Source: Gavia stellata
Taxonomy: Eukaryota
Direction: 5' to 3'
Length of the DNA: 64,000 bases
Assembly: GCF_030936135.1 (NCBI RefSeq)
Contig: NC_082627.1
Location: 269,172 to 333,171 of the forward strand
The translations under genes and the position numbers were made by a program. The notes below the pieces were generated by a model that saw nothing but the letters and a program-made list of their open reading frames with translations, was not told the DNA's origin and made no database searches. The first letter of the stretch is position 1; the number at the start of each line of letters is the position of its first letter. Below, one piece after another: positions 12,527 through 24,010 of the stretch.

Positions 12527-14699
12527 GCTGTGGGGAGATGCACCAAAGAGGGGATGGGGGTAATCAGCCACCAGGACAGACACAGCCCCCCACCACACTC
12601 CCAGCAGCCTCAGTCTGGGGAGGATGGGAGCCCCAAGGAGCCATGGGGACCAGCAGAGCCTAATCCTGGCCTGTGCATGCTGCAGTGCACACAGCTGGGG
12701 TTCAGCTACCCCTTGTTTGGGGTAAGAAAATCCATGTCTGCCTTCCCCACCCCAAGCTGATGTTCCCAGGGGATCAGGGCTGGGTTCCAGTGGACCACTG
12801 GACAACCCGTCTCCCTCAATGCCCCATGGCAGGGCCTTTAGATACCTCCTTGGGGCTTGAGGGCTGTGAACACAAGCTCTATCAGGTGCTCATCTGGACT
12901 TGACTCAACTTCTCTCCACTCTCTGGTCACAGGCAGGAAACACAAGGGCATTATGCACAGGGATTTGGGATTCCCTCTCCAGCAGGATTCAGGTGGGCAG
13001 AATGAGCAGCCTGTTTTAGAGAAAGGCTGGCATTTTGGTTGGTTTGTCTCTAAGAAACAGAACAGTTTTCTCACCTGAGTGTCTTCAATTTGCTCCTTGG
13101 ATTCCCTACAGCTTGATGGGGCAGGGACAGAGGTGATGACTGTGACTACTCTGCCTAGGGTGGCTGCCTGGAGAAGTGAGAGAGGAGATGCTCTGCATGA
13201 GAGGTGGCAAGCTGGAATTGTTCCTGGTTCATAAACATCAAGACAGTATGTCAGGGAGCATGACCTCCCACTCAAAATAGGATGGTGTGTATTCCCAGTT
13301 CACTGCAAATCATCTGAAAAACAGATCTGGCTCACACTGTGCAATGCTGGGTCAGACATTCAAGACATTGAGAGTAATCACTAATGCTGTGTGTTGTACA
13401 CAGCTACCTTAGTGTGACTGTTCACTCGACTCCTGCTCAGCTTTTGGCGTAACACATGGCTCACGCCAAGGCCCGATGTGTGCTGGGAGCAGCACCATTA
13501 GGTCAAAGCAAGAGCAGCATGTTCACTGGACACACTGGACTATGATGGAGAAGCACTCTCACCATTGCCCAGGTAACTATTTCGGTCACAGACATACGAG
13601 TTAGAGAATTTGCAAGATATTGGAGAACATGCAAGGTATTTGAGAAGGTGTAGTGAATCCACAAATTAATGAATCAGAGAATTCATGTGATAGACTAATC
13701 TGTACAACGGGGATTGAGCCTTTGCTTGATTTTTTTTTTAACCAGATGAGCTCATGAAATAAATTTTAATTTACAAAATGTAAATTGTCCTGTAAATTTG
13801 AGAGATCCAAATGAACTGTGATACTTACCCATGCAAAGACTTTTGCTATCCACATACAAAGACTATGCTTGCTCTGGTCAGGTTTGTAGGAGGGATTCCC
13901 AGGGAAGGCAAACTGGTGCCTTTCACTGTCATCAGCAAGGCCTTGAGGAGAGTGGCAGTGGGCTGCCTGGACACTGGACAGAGCTCTCTGGAAATGTCTC
14001 GGTCTCTAAACAGATCCAAAATTTCCTCTGGAATTCCATGAACAGAGACGCTCATGAGAATTGAAACTGCCCCACAGCAAGAGCGAGCGACTCCCTGAGG
14101 AATAGGAGCATATCCACAGACTTCACTTGCACTGCTAATCCTTTCCTTCATAAGATGCTAATCCTTTCCTTTCTGAGCATTAATTATCACTGTTGGGAAA
14201 AGAGCGACTGTGGTCCCCACTGAGCACACAGCTCGCACAGGATAAAACCACAGGGACCGAGTCAGGCCGGGTAATGACAGCTGGTGCTATGAACAGTAGA
14301 CCTGTGCCGTGGTATGAGGGCAAGCAGCTACGTCAGGGAGGTGGGCTATGGGATACAGATGGCCCTTGAGGGCCTGTGTCTGAATGGGTCTGAGAACACT
14401 CAGAGCCACAGCCGGCTCAGAGTCCAGGTGGACATGCTGTTTGGGGATACCCACTCACCAGCCACACACCTGATCACTGCGATTTGGACTAGGACAATAA
14501 ACCTGTTTTCTTCTACTGTGCTTGCATCTGACTTGCTTGTACTGTCAAGGCATTTTTCACCACTCATCCTTTGTGTTGTGGAAGGAACTCTGGGAGCTCT
14601 CTTCCCGACACTGATGGGGAAACAGGTGCAGGGTAATGCCCAATACTACCATCCCTTCCCAAACTCCTTGCCAGTCCCACTGCTGACCGTGGAAGTGCA

Positions 14700-15833
14700 G
14701 CTATGGTGCCATGGAAGCGGCAGCTGCTGCCACTTTTCCAGTTTGACAGATGCCTTCCACGGGAAGAAGACTGTGCTTTGACAGTGCCCAATGCCACAAG
14801 AAAGCCTTGTCACAATGAGAAGGTTGCACCCCATAGGGGAGAGGGGATACAAACAAAACCTGTGCTTTTACAGGTGATCCTGGCTCTGTGATCATTGTAG
14901 AAGTCTGTGGAAGATCATTCCCTTCATCAAGTTCTCATTCAAGGACAGTGCAGATGGCTCAACACATGATGGGTGCAAGGCACATGGTAAAAAGAGCGTA
15001 ATTTCTTTTGACAAAACTGATGGCTTTTCTTGCTTTGTCTTAATCCATTAAGAACTTGTTGAAATATTCCTTCCTCTCAGCTTCTGAAAAACTCAGTATC
15101 TCTGCAAGACACTCCCTCTTTAAACACTGCCCCAGACTTTGAAGAGCTGTTGGTCTTGTTGTGATGAGTAAGGGGGACTCTGAAAGGAGAGTCTTCTCCA
15201 ATAAACTGCTCAGAGTAATTTCCATGGGCTTCTTTTCCTCAGCACTCGAGCATAATTTACATTTTGGTTGATCCAAGGAAAACCTCAGTTCATCAAAGCC
15301 ATCAATGATGAACTTGATGAACTCATCAATGATGAGCTTCTGGGGACTAGCCAGGATCTCTCCAAGTGGTGCCCATTGATCAGGACAGCAGTCTGACATC
15401 AAATCACCCCGACTCAGAATATCCTCTTGCAAAGAAAGGTTGATCTCTCTACAGCTTATGTAGAAAGCATAGTCAAATTGTGCATAAAGGGCTCCTTTTG
15501 CCCTGTCTAACATGATCTTTCTTGATGTCATTGTCTTTCTAGTCCCTGCAGCTCCCACCAGCACAATGATCTGTGGTATTTGCCCTCTTTTATCAGGCTG
15601 AAAAAGAGTTTCCACAGTGATGGCAGGGTTAGCACCTTCCCTTCTGACCTCTGCATGTCTCTGCCTGAGACCCAGGACCTCATGTTCTTGTTCAGTTCTG
15701 TTCTGAGTCTTTGTAACCATCATCAGCTTTGCATATCTGCTGCTTAGAGTCACGTTCTCACCCAGACAAGCGCTCACCTCTTTAAAATTGCAGAACTCTC
15801 TTGCTACATGGTCTCTGTACTTCTGTCTGTAAT
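14700..15833 (-). pseudogene. NACHT-domain exon of the NLRP3-like gene, with in-frame stop codons
   Basis: ORF 15040..15861(-) reads [14 protein letters not shown]...[14 protein letters not shown]...[44 protein letters not shown]...[16 protein letters not shown]...[19 protein letters not shown]. It is collinear with the human NLRP3 NACHT exon (YRKKYRKYVRSRF...[45 protein letters not shown]...LITTRPVALEKLQ...ILGFSEAKRKEYFFKYFSD). A tttctcatttgtttag acceptor sits at 15834-15849. The same frame continues after TAA (15040) as DKARKAISFVKRNYALFTMCLAPIMC* (compare [29 protein letters not shown]), with further TGA/TAG stops. The exon probably extends to about 14100. Confidence 0.75.
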
Positions 15834-17924
15834 CTAAACAAATGAGAAACGTAAGTACCATCTCCTAATAAAGGCAAACTTCTCATTAGCCCCTCATAAC
15901 TAAAATTATTTCCACAGCGCATTCCCGATGCACTGCACTTGTTTTACACATCTGTTTTCAAGACTTCCAAAGACCTTTACAATGGCTTTTGCTGAGCAAC
16001 CATCTGAGCAGGCCTGTCTACCTTTTATTTAGGGAAGGTGGGGGGAACCAGCTCCTCCTCACACAGCTCCATTAAGTACAACCAAGTAGGGTGGAAGGAA
16101 CCCAGTGGGGGAAGACCACCTTCATGGGAAAGACTGGTGTGTATTTACTTGGAAAACAGTTGCTAAGCATACTCCTCTTTCTGTAAAGCACCCTGGCTTC
16201 TGTACCAAAGCAGAAGAGGACTTCCAACTTCATTTCTCAAATGGAAGACACATAGTTAATGGTGCATTCCCTGGCCCAAATCAGACTCGGAGGCCAGAGC
16301 TCCAGCCAACCTCTACTGCAATAAGCAGGTGATACTGTCAGTTGCTTAGAGATCACCCATTGAATCACCTCTATTCTTTCAAACGCTGCCAGAAAAGGAG
16401 AATCTGAAGTGTCCCTTGTATTCCCTAGGTGCGTAGATGACTCCACCTTTATCTCTTGGCTGAGATAGCTGCATGTAGCATAGTAGCTTCTGCTGAAATG
16501 GCACATACCATCAGTTGATGTTTCAGGACTGGGAGCTGAAAATGCAAAATGAACATGAGTATTAGCATAGTGGTGTGGCAGAGTCCCACAGACAACACTC
16601 AGCAGCAGTGGATCCCTCTGGAGCCTGCCCAAAATCCTGGAGGATAAAGCAGAGTTCTGTTACTGATATTGCCACACAAGCACTGAATGCTCCCCGTCCT
16701 CTGCAAATCAGCCTGCCTTGACATTGGGAAGGAAACCCTCTCCTCCCAGGGAACCCCAGGTCCCACATGGGGACATTCTTCCTTCCCAGAGCAGAACAAA
16801 TTGCCTGAGCTGTGGGCCACAACCCACCCCACCTGATTAAGAGGGCAGGACATGTAGAACCCCAGAGAAATCATGGCAGCAGTCCCTGAAATGGGCAAGT
16901 AGGACATTGGCAGGAGGGGGTCGGTACAGTCCTCCCCACTCCCCGGCAAGGAGACCACTAGGCTCCTCTCTTTCTCCCCTTTCCCTGGGACTTGAAATCT
17001 GCTCTTGCCCCTTTGAGAGGAGCTTTCTTTGCACTTTTTCCAGGGAGCAAGAAGAGAGAAGGAACGGAAAGTATTAGTAGTCTCCTGCTTCCTCACGTTC
17101 CTCTTTCTTCTGCCTCAGTTGAGCTGCCATGTCTCTGGTTGATCCCTTCCAGCACACGGATAGCCACCTCCACCCACAGCAACATCTGATCCCCAGCGCT
17201 CGCACCTGCGCTCAGCAGGCGCGACTGTGTCATCAGTTTCCTCAAACCAACCTCTGGGCAGACTGCACGCCTTCGTAACCCATACACGACAACTGAAGTT
17301 TAAACTCCTTACCCATGGTGAGAACCTCATGGGGCTGATAGGCGAGCTCCAGCCGAGCAGGGAGATGACCCCTGAAGGCAGAGCTCAGTCCTGCCCTGCT
17401 GCCCCTGCAGGCGGGTGCTCACCCTATCCCTCCCATCCCCCACTGCCTGTGCCCTGCCTGATGTGACTCCACCCGTGGTGGCTGCAGCAGCTGGGAGCAG
17501 CCCCACTGGAGGGACTGGACATGCAGGGAGGGGAGGGAGCTCCAGTATGCAATGGGCACACACTTCTCTGAAGGGTGGGGAGGGCAACTCCAGTCTGCAG
17601 GTGCCTGTATTGGGCATAATCAGCCGGGTTTTGGCAGTGGGGACCTGCAGGGATGACACTTTGGAGGTGGCCGCGGGCTGCCCGGTGCTGGGCACGGCCG
17701 GCTCCTGCTGCTGTGGCCATGGAGGGCACAGTGCGGTGCTGCGACTATGATGGATGGTTCCCCACTCCACTCTGGACATTGGAGCTATTTTAGAGTTTTC
17801 CTACAAGAAGATAAGACCATCTGAGAGACACCTGCCCGTCCCCTTTGCTTGCTGCTGGCCCACCATGTACCAGTGCAGGAGTGACCTCAGAAGCACTTAC
17901 CACAATCCATGGACTTAAGAGCCA

Positions 17925-18720
17925 TAGAATCATGGAATGATTTTGATTAGAAGGCATCTTCCAAGATCATTCATTTAAAACACCCTGCCATAGGCAGGGA
18001 CATCTTCCACTAGATGAGGTTGCTCAAAGCCCCTGTCCAACCTGACCTTCAATACTTCCAGGGATGGGACATCCACAGCTTCCTGGGCAACCTGTTCCAG
18101 TGTCCTACCAACCTCATGGTAAAAAATTTCTTCCTTATAACTAATCTAAACCCACCCTCTTTCAGTTTAAAACTTACAACTCTTGTCCTGCCCCTACAGG
18201 CCTTGGTAAAATGTCTCTCTCCATCTTTCCTGTAAGACTCCTTTAAGTATTGAAAGGCTGCAATAAGGTCTCCCCAGAGCCTTCTCTTCCCCAGGCTGAA
18301 CAACCCCAACTCTTTCAGCCTTTCCTCATAGCAGAGGTGTTCCAGCCCTCTGACCATTTCTGCAGCCTCCTCTGGACCTGCTCCAACAGGTCCATGTCTT
18401 TCCTGTGCTGGGAACCCCAGAACTGGATGCAGTGCTCCAGTTGGGGTCTCAGGAGAGCAGAGTAGAAGGGCAGAATCACCTCCCTCGATCTGCTGGCCAT
18501 GCTTCTTTTGATGTAGCCCAGGATACAATTGGTTTTCTAGGCTGTGAGTGCACATTGCTGGCTCATGTCCAGTTTGTCACCTACCAGTATTCCCACGTCC
18601 TTCTCTTCAGGTCTGCTCTCAATCCCTTCATCCCCCAGCCTGTGCTGGTACTGGGGATTGCCCCAACCCAGGTGCAGGACCTCACACTTGGCTTTGTTGA
18701 ACTTCTTTCTGGCCTGCCAT
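17925..18720 (-). mobile_element. CR1 LINE, 5'-truncated (RT C-terminus plus 3' UTR)
   Basis: ORFs 18049..18555(-) and 18315..18500(-) read ...ILPFYSALLRPQLEHCIQFWGSQHRKDMDLLEQVQRR... and ...FRLVIRKKFFTMRLVGHWNRLPRKL.... The 3' UTR at 17925-18050 shows catagaatcatggaatg...ttccaagatcat in antisense. It is flanked by 22-bp direct repeats gcaggagtgacctcagaagcac at 17875-17896 and 18731-18752. Confidence 0.85.
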
Positions 18721-21589
18721 ATACTGGGGCAGGAGTGACCTCAGAAGCACAAGCAAAGCTACAAACTCCTTTCTGGTGGATCAGGTCCTCCGGAAGAACT
18801 AACCTTACACACACGGACTGTTGTGCACCTTGAGCTGCTCGTCTGTTGCAATCCCAGTAAGAAAGGGACTCAGACTCCTTAAGATATCACTCACTGCTGT
18901 TCATTAGAGCTAGCACTGCAAGAAGAGAAAAGCATAGAGGGCGTTATGTCCCTTCAGATGCTGGGAAGACCAGGCAGTACAGCACTGAACATATCTCTGA
19001 CCCATGTGCAGCACGTGGTGCAGACCCTGTCCATACCAGTGGTTCTCTTTCAGTCATTTGAGCTATTATATGGTTTTATTAGAAGGAGACAGATCTATCA
19101 CTTCTATAGTCAGACAGAAAGGATGTTTCTATCAGAGCTTTTTGCTGCACTGTTAGGTGAAGGCAGGAGCTGCCTGCAGGCTCCTCTGCTATGCTGACCT
19201 GATGAGGGTGTCCTGCGGCCAAGGGGTTTGTGCAGCACAGCCCAGCAGTGGCCTGCACCTGCCCGGGTTGACTGTGATGTGGATGGCCAAGTCCTGGATG
19301 TCCGATGGTCTGCTGGTCAGGACCACTGCACCAGCCCAAGCCATATGTCTCCTGCTGACGTAGCTGTTCCTTGGGCAGAAGTGACCTCAGTACATCTGGC
19401 AGTATATCTTTGGGAAAGCGTTCCCAAGTTTCAGAACAGACTCTTATGCAAGAATGTTCAGGGTTTAGGAAAACATCAGGAATTTCTTCCGCCTTCACAG
19501 CAGCTGTTAACCCTTCGTGCAAGTGAAGTTTTTCTCCTCTATCTGCAATGATTGCGTTCCCTTGATCCTGACTTATCTTAGTGGCTTTATGTTGCTCTGC
19601 TAGAAGCTGAGCTGCTGTGCTAGCTGTCTCTAGCTCCTTCTAAAATCGTCTATTTCTAAATCTTGCACTTTTCCAGCTTCAGCCTCTAGTTGTGTAATTT
19701 GTACATTTGTAAGCTGAGGCTCTGTCTGTGGGCCGGAAGATCTTCCGCTCTTATGATTAAGATGGTGTTTTGTGCTGCTAATTTGGGAATTTCCTCCTCC
19801 TCTAGTCTCTGGATTTCTTTTGGCCACTTCTTCACCTCCCCATCTTTTTTTGTTAGCAGACCCCGTGACTCCCGTAAGGCATAGCACAGGGTGCAAATGG
19901 CACAAGCTGCCTTTTTACTGCCTTTCAATTTTGCCCATTTGCAGCGACTGACATAAGCCTCACAGCCTGCAGAAGTGGGATCTGCTCCTTTAGAGCAGCC
20001 AGCCCTCCAGGGTTTTTTCCCCTGTTTAATCACCCATTTGTGGCATTTAGCAGCATCCTGCTAGTGGAAGCTGCTGGTCTGTTTTGCTTTGTGCACTTCC
20101 CACACCGCCTTTATGCAAACGCACACTACCAAGAATTTGGTTGCTCCAACAGGCCGACTTAGAAGGAGTTTTAAATGTGTTTTTTGTAAGAACTAATTCC
20201 ACATTTCCTTTCTTTCCGAGCTCAGTTGCTTCTGAGCCCCCAGAGAGCCAGACTGTCAGATGCATTTCTGGTCCTTGCAGTGACCGCCCTCCCTCAAAAG
20301 CCTTCCACTTTTGCTGCAGGGCTTGTCTCTCAGGTGTGGGGCAGCACAATAAAATTGGTTGATTTGTCAAACAGGGTCTGCGTGGAGGAGCAAGGGCTGC
20401 CTTCAGTCCAACACACAGCACCTAGTGCAGTTCCTGTACAGCATGGGGGCAGGGGAGTCCACTCTACAGACTTTCTGCCATCAGTCCAGGCGCTATAAAG
20501 CAACCAGTGACCCAGACCCGGGACAGCCAGATGCCACCCAGGGCAGTGTGTAGTTGGTTTCAAAGACACCAGCGGCTGAAGGGTTAAGGCAAATACTCAA
20601 ACCCCACAGACCTAGCCAGGTAATTGACAGTTTTCCTGTCACAGAAATATTTCTTGAGACACATATCCAGCAATCTGGCCAACCCTGGATAAGCTCAGAC
20701 CAACACAAAAGGGAAAAAAAAAAGAAGAAAAAAATCTACTCCACCAAGCAAGCAGTAAAAAGTGCAAAAAGGAAAGCAGTTTGTGGGAATCAGTTCAAAT
20801 GGTGCCCACACACTTGGGCTCGCTACGGCCAAAGGCAGTGAACGCACAGGCTAAGGTCCAAGTTCCAAACAAGATGCACACACGGGTCACGATATTCATA
20901 AAATCAGAGCCTTATGTGACAGAAAATAACATGCAGGAGCGTGTATGTACAAGCACACGTATTTTGTTATAGGGCCCCTCAAAAACACTGGCTGGTGAAA
21001 CGGGATTCCTACTCCAGACAAGGAATCTTGCCTTCAGCCAGTCCTTTATAAATCTGGCAGCTGTCGATTTCACCCAACAGGTCCACCTCCCCAGGAGCCC
21101 CCCCAGAAAGGTCTCCCCTGGCATCTGGAAGATTTCCCAGTTACAGCCTGGGGGGAATTCCAGTGCTGATGACTGAGGACAGAGAGCAGCTTTCTGGTGG
21201 AGCAAAGGGACAATTATGCCTAGGGGTGAGGGGGGTCTGGGCCCCTGATGCCCGTTCACTGGCTTACTTTGACTTTCTTGCCTGCCTGCCTGCCTTCCCC
21301 ATCTCTCTACTCCACGGTGATCAAGCCCCTTTACTCTTCTTTACTGCCAATTGCTCCTGCATGACTCCCCCTTAGGCACAGCTGGGCAAACCTCGCTGTT
21401 TAACCCTTGCAGCTTCTGATATGACCTTCTGCTCCATCCAGCGTGACTGTGAGCTGGCGGGCTGGGCGCAAGCTGGAGGCTCAGAGCTGCTTGCCCCGAT
21501 GTCCCAACTCCTCCTGCTGTGTCACCCCGATGTCCCAGCTCCTGCCCCTGCTCCCAGCACCGCTGGGGCTCTAGGGATGCTGAACGCAG

Positions 21590-21790
21590 TGGTAACCATT
21601 AAGAAAGTAATTGAGGCAAAAGCTCTGCCATCCAACACTCCGGCCCAGAAAGCAGAGCTCATAGCCTTGCTGAGAGCACTAGAACTTTCAAAAGGCAAAA
21701 CTCTTAATATATGGACAGATTCAAAATTTGCCTTTGGAGTGGTCCATGCTCATGGAGCTATTTGGAAAGAAAGGGGACTCCTAACATTTT
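21590..21790 (+). mobile_element. Endogenous retrovirus pol fragment (RNase H domain)
   Basis: ORF 21421..21993 contains ALPSNTPAQKAELIALLRALELSKGKTLNIWTDSKFAFGVVHAHGAIWKERGLLT, which matches the gamma/epsilon-retroviral RNase H signature (AQ.AEL.AL..AL.....K.VNIYTDSRYAF...H.HG.I...RGLLT). The flanks are not retroviral. Confidence 0.65.
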
Positions 21791-22649
21791 CTTGGTTACG
21801 ATTTTTGGGTAACAAGGGGATGCTGAATCCTGCTGCCAGGCAGCCCCTGAGCCAGAGGCAGCTCCAGCAGCCTCCCAGGAGCAGGCTGCGGTGGGGTGGT
21901 GAGGTGGCCTCAGCATGGCAGGGGAGTGCAGGGAGAGGCCACCTCCCCTCTGCCTGGGCTGGGGACAGCTTTTCCCGAAAGGAACCTCCCTGAGGAGCGC
22001 ACCTCGTGTGTGCCAGCCTGTGACCTGCTGTGACTGCCCCTGGAGGACAACTGCAGCTCCCCTGTCCTTTCACTGATTCCCCGCTGTCCTCACTCTGGAG
22101 ACCATCACCAGGAACAGTATCCAGATGTGGTCTCAGAAAGGCTGAAGAGTCCCCTCCCTGGCCCTGCAGCCCAGGATGCTCTTGCCCTTCTTGGCTGCAA
22201 GGGCATACTGATGAACCCAGTTCGATGTCTGGTTCACAGGACCCGACAAGGTCCTTTTCTGCAAAGCTGCTTCTGCAGCACAGTCACCCCCAGCCTGTCC
22301 TGTGCCTAGGGCTGTTCAGGCTCAGCTGGCTCTGATGTCTCCCTGGTGGGCCTGGCTCACCCTCACCTCTCTCCAGGGGCTGCACTTTTCTATGTGCCTG
22401 CAGCTCTGCAGGAGAAGAAGGAGCCTGCCTTCTGTGCCAGAAGCCACCAATTTCCATCCCGTCCTGCTGTTGGACCTCAGCAGTGGCACTGACTGACAGG
22501 CTGCCAAGGGACTGCAGGCAAAGCTGGCCTTGGCAACCGATCAGGATGCAAACCAGAGGGTCTGGGGTATAGGAGGTATTCGGGGGGGGTGTGGGTGTAG
22601 GTGTGGGTGGGTGTGTGTTGCGAGGATTAGGTGCCAGCTATTGCCGAGA

Positions 22650-24010
22650 GAGACTGTCACGAATGGATTTGGGGCCAGCAACAGGAGTCAGACCAGGATC
22701 AGTGGGGGTCTGGGCCTCCAGCCAGTGGGGCGGGAACGGTGTGTGTCCCCAAAACCAGCTACCGGGGGGACTGGTGTTGGGGACTGTTTCTTGTACCCCT
22801 TGATGCGAACGGAACACACGTTTGTGCTTAAACAGAGAGATGTGATGGGCCACACATGGGGCAGAGTCCTACCGCCGCAAGGGCTTCTGCAAGGGTTCAC
22901 ACGGATGGGGCAGGAGCCGGTTCCTTCCCCATGCTGGGGCCAGCGCCTGGCCCGTGAGCAGCGGCTCGGGGCCCCTCAGCCCGGCCGTGGGTCCATCCCC
23001 AGCCCAGCTCTGCTGCTGGGGGTGGCCCCTGAGCACCCCGTTGCAGGACCCTCAGGAGTCTATCCTGCAGCATGTCCCATCTCACCAGCCAGGGAACCTG
23101 CACCAGCTCTGGGGCCTGGAGAGGCTCTGCTCCCTGCCAGCTTAACCCCTTCCTGCCTCCCTGCCAGATCGCTCCTTGGTCACCAGGTGCTGGGCAGTTG
23201 CAATTTGGGTTTCCCCTTCACAGGGTGAGTGAGGGGCTCCGTGCCAGTGGCTGGAGCAGGACCATGGGTCACGGCCCGTGTGCCTGGTGCTGGCTGCTGG
23301 GGGGGGGAGGGTCTGATTCCCCCCAAATCAGGGGGTGTGCATGGGGTGTGCGTGGGTTTTCACCAGAAAACCGGGCTGGACCAGATGGCAGCAGGGGGAC
23401 CTCAGGCCCAGGCTGGGGTATCAGGTGGGCAGGGGTCTGTGCTGGTACCTGGGGGGACCCGTGAGTGTGGAGTGCCCATGGGATGGGTGTGTGAGTGATG
23501 CGTATTTGCAGCGAACACCGAGCTGGACCAGCTGGCGAGTCAGGGACCCGTGGAGTGGGTCAGAGGGCTAGGGTCCAGGCAGGGGTCCCGGGTGGCAGCG
23601 GGGACCAGTTGCCAGTGCTTGGGGGACCCACGAGAGTGTGTGTGTGCCTGCATGAGTTGCTGTGTGTCTGTGCCAGCCCTGGAGGAGGAGACGACGTGTC
23701 TGTGGGTGCGGGTGTGTGATGGGGGTCGTGTGTGTAGGTGCTGATGGCTGCAGAGTCTTGGCTGTGGCAGGCTGTGTGACTGTCTGTGGCTGTGTGTCCT
23801 CTGTGTATCCTGTGGCTGTGTGTCTCTGGGACATATGTGCAGCTTTGCTGCTGGTTGGACCTGGCAAGGGGAAAGCAGCAGCCCCATCCCTCAGCCAAGG
23901 CAGAGACCCCAGGTCCCTGGGCTTTGGGCCAGCTGGGCTACAGCAGCCTGGCAGGAGGGTCCTGCCCTGGGGCTGCTGGAGCAAGCGGTCACTGCTGACA
24001 TCCCTTAACA
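22650..24010 (+). repeat. Copy B of the ~1 kb low-copy duplicated segment (partner 5290-6250); carries an extra ~430 bp at 22800-23230
   Basis: See copy A. The duplication ends at ctgacatccctt in both copies. Confidence 0.8.

Larger units (their letters stand above)
9230..15833 (-). pseudogene. NLRP3-like NACHT-LRR gene, disrupted: in-frame stops in the NACHT exon, frameshifted LRR exons and a CR1 insertion in one LRR exon
   Basis: Sum of the exon-level evidence listed separately (NACHT exon, three LRR exon remnants). Orientation and exon order are consistent on the minus strand. No PYD exon was identified; it would lie above 15833. Confidence 0.6.

Noticed and set aside
12251-12805. 184-aa minus-strand ORF as a candidate novel LRR-containing gene
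   Set aside because: It is a chimera of intron sequence, half an LRR exon and CR1 reverse-transcriptase sequence, read through by chance in frame. It is evidence of exon disruption, not a gene.
22530-23228. 232-aa ORF (MATDQDANQRVWGIGG...)
   Set aside because: It lies inside the GC/GT-rich duplicated repeat segment and its copy-specific 430-bp insert. It has low complexity, no motifs and no homologous ORF in copy A, so it is probably spurious.
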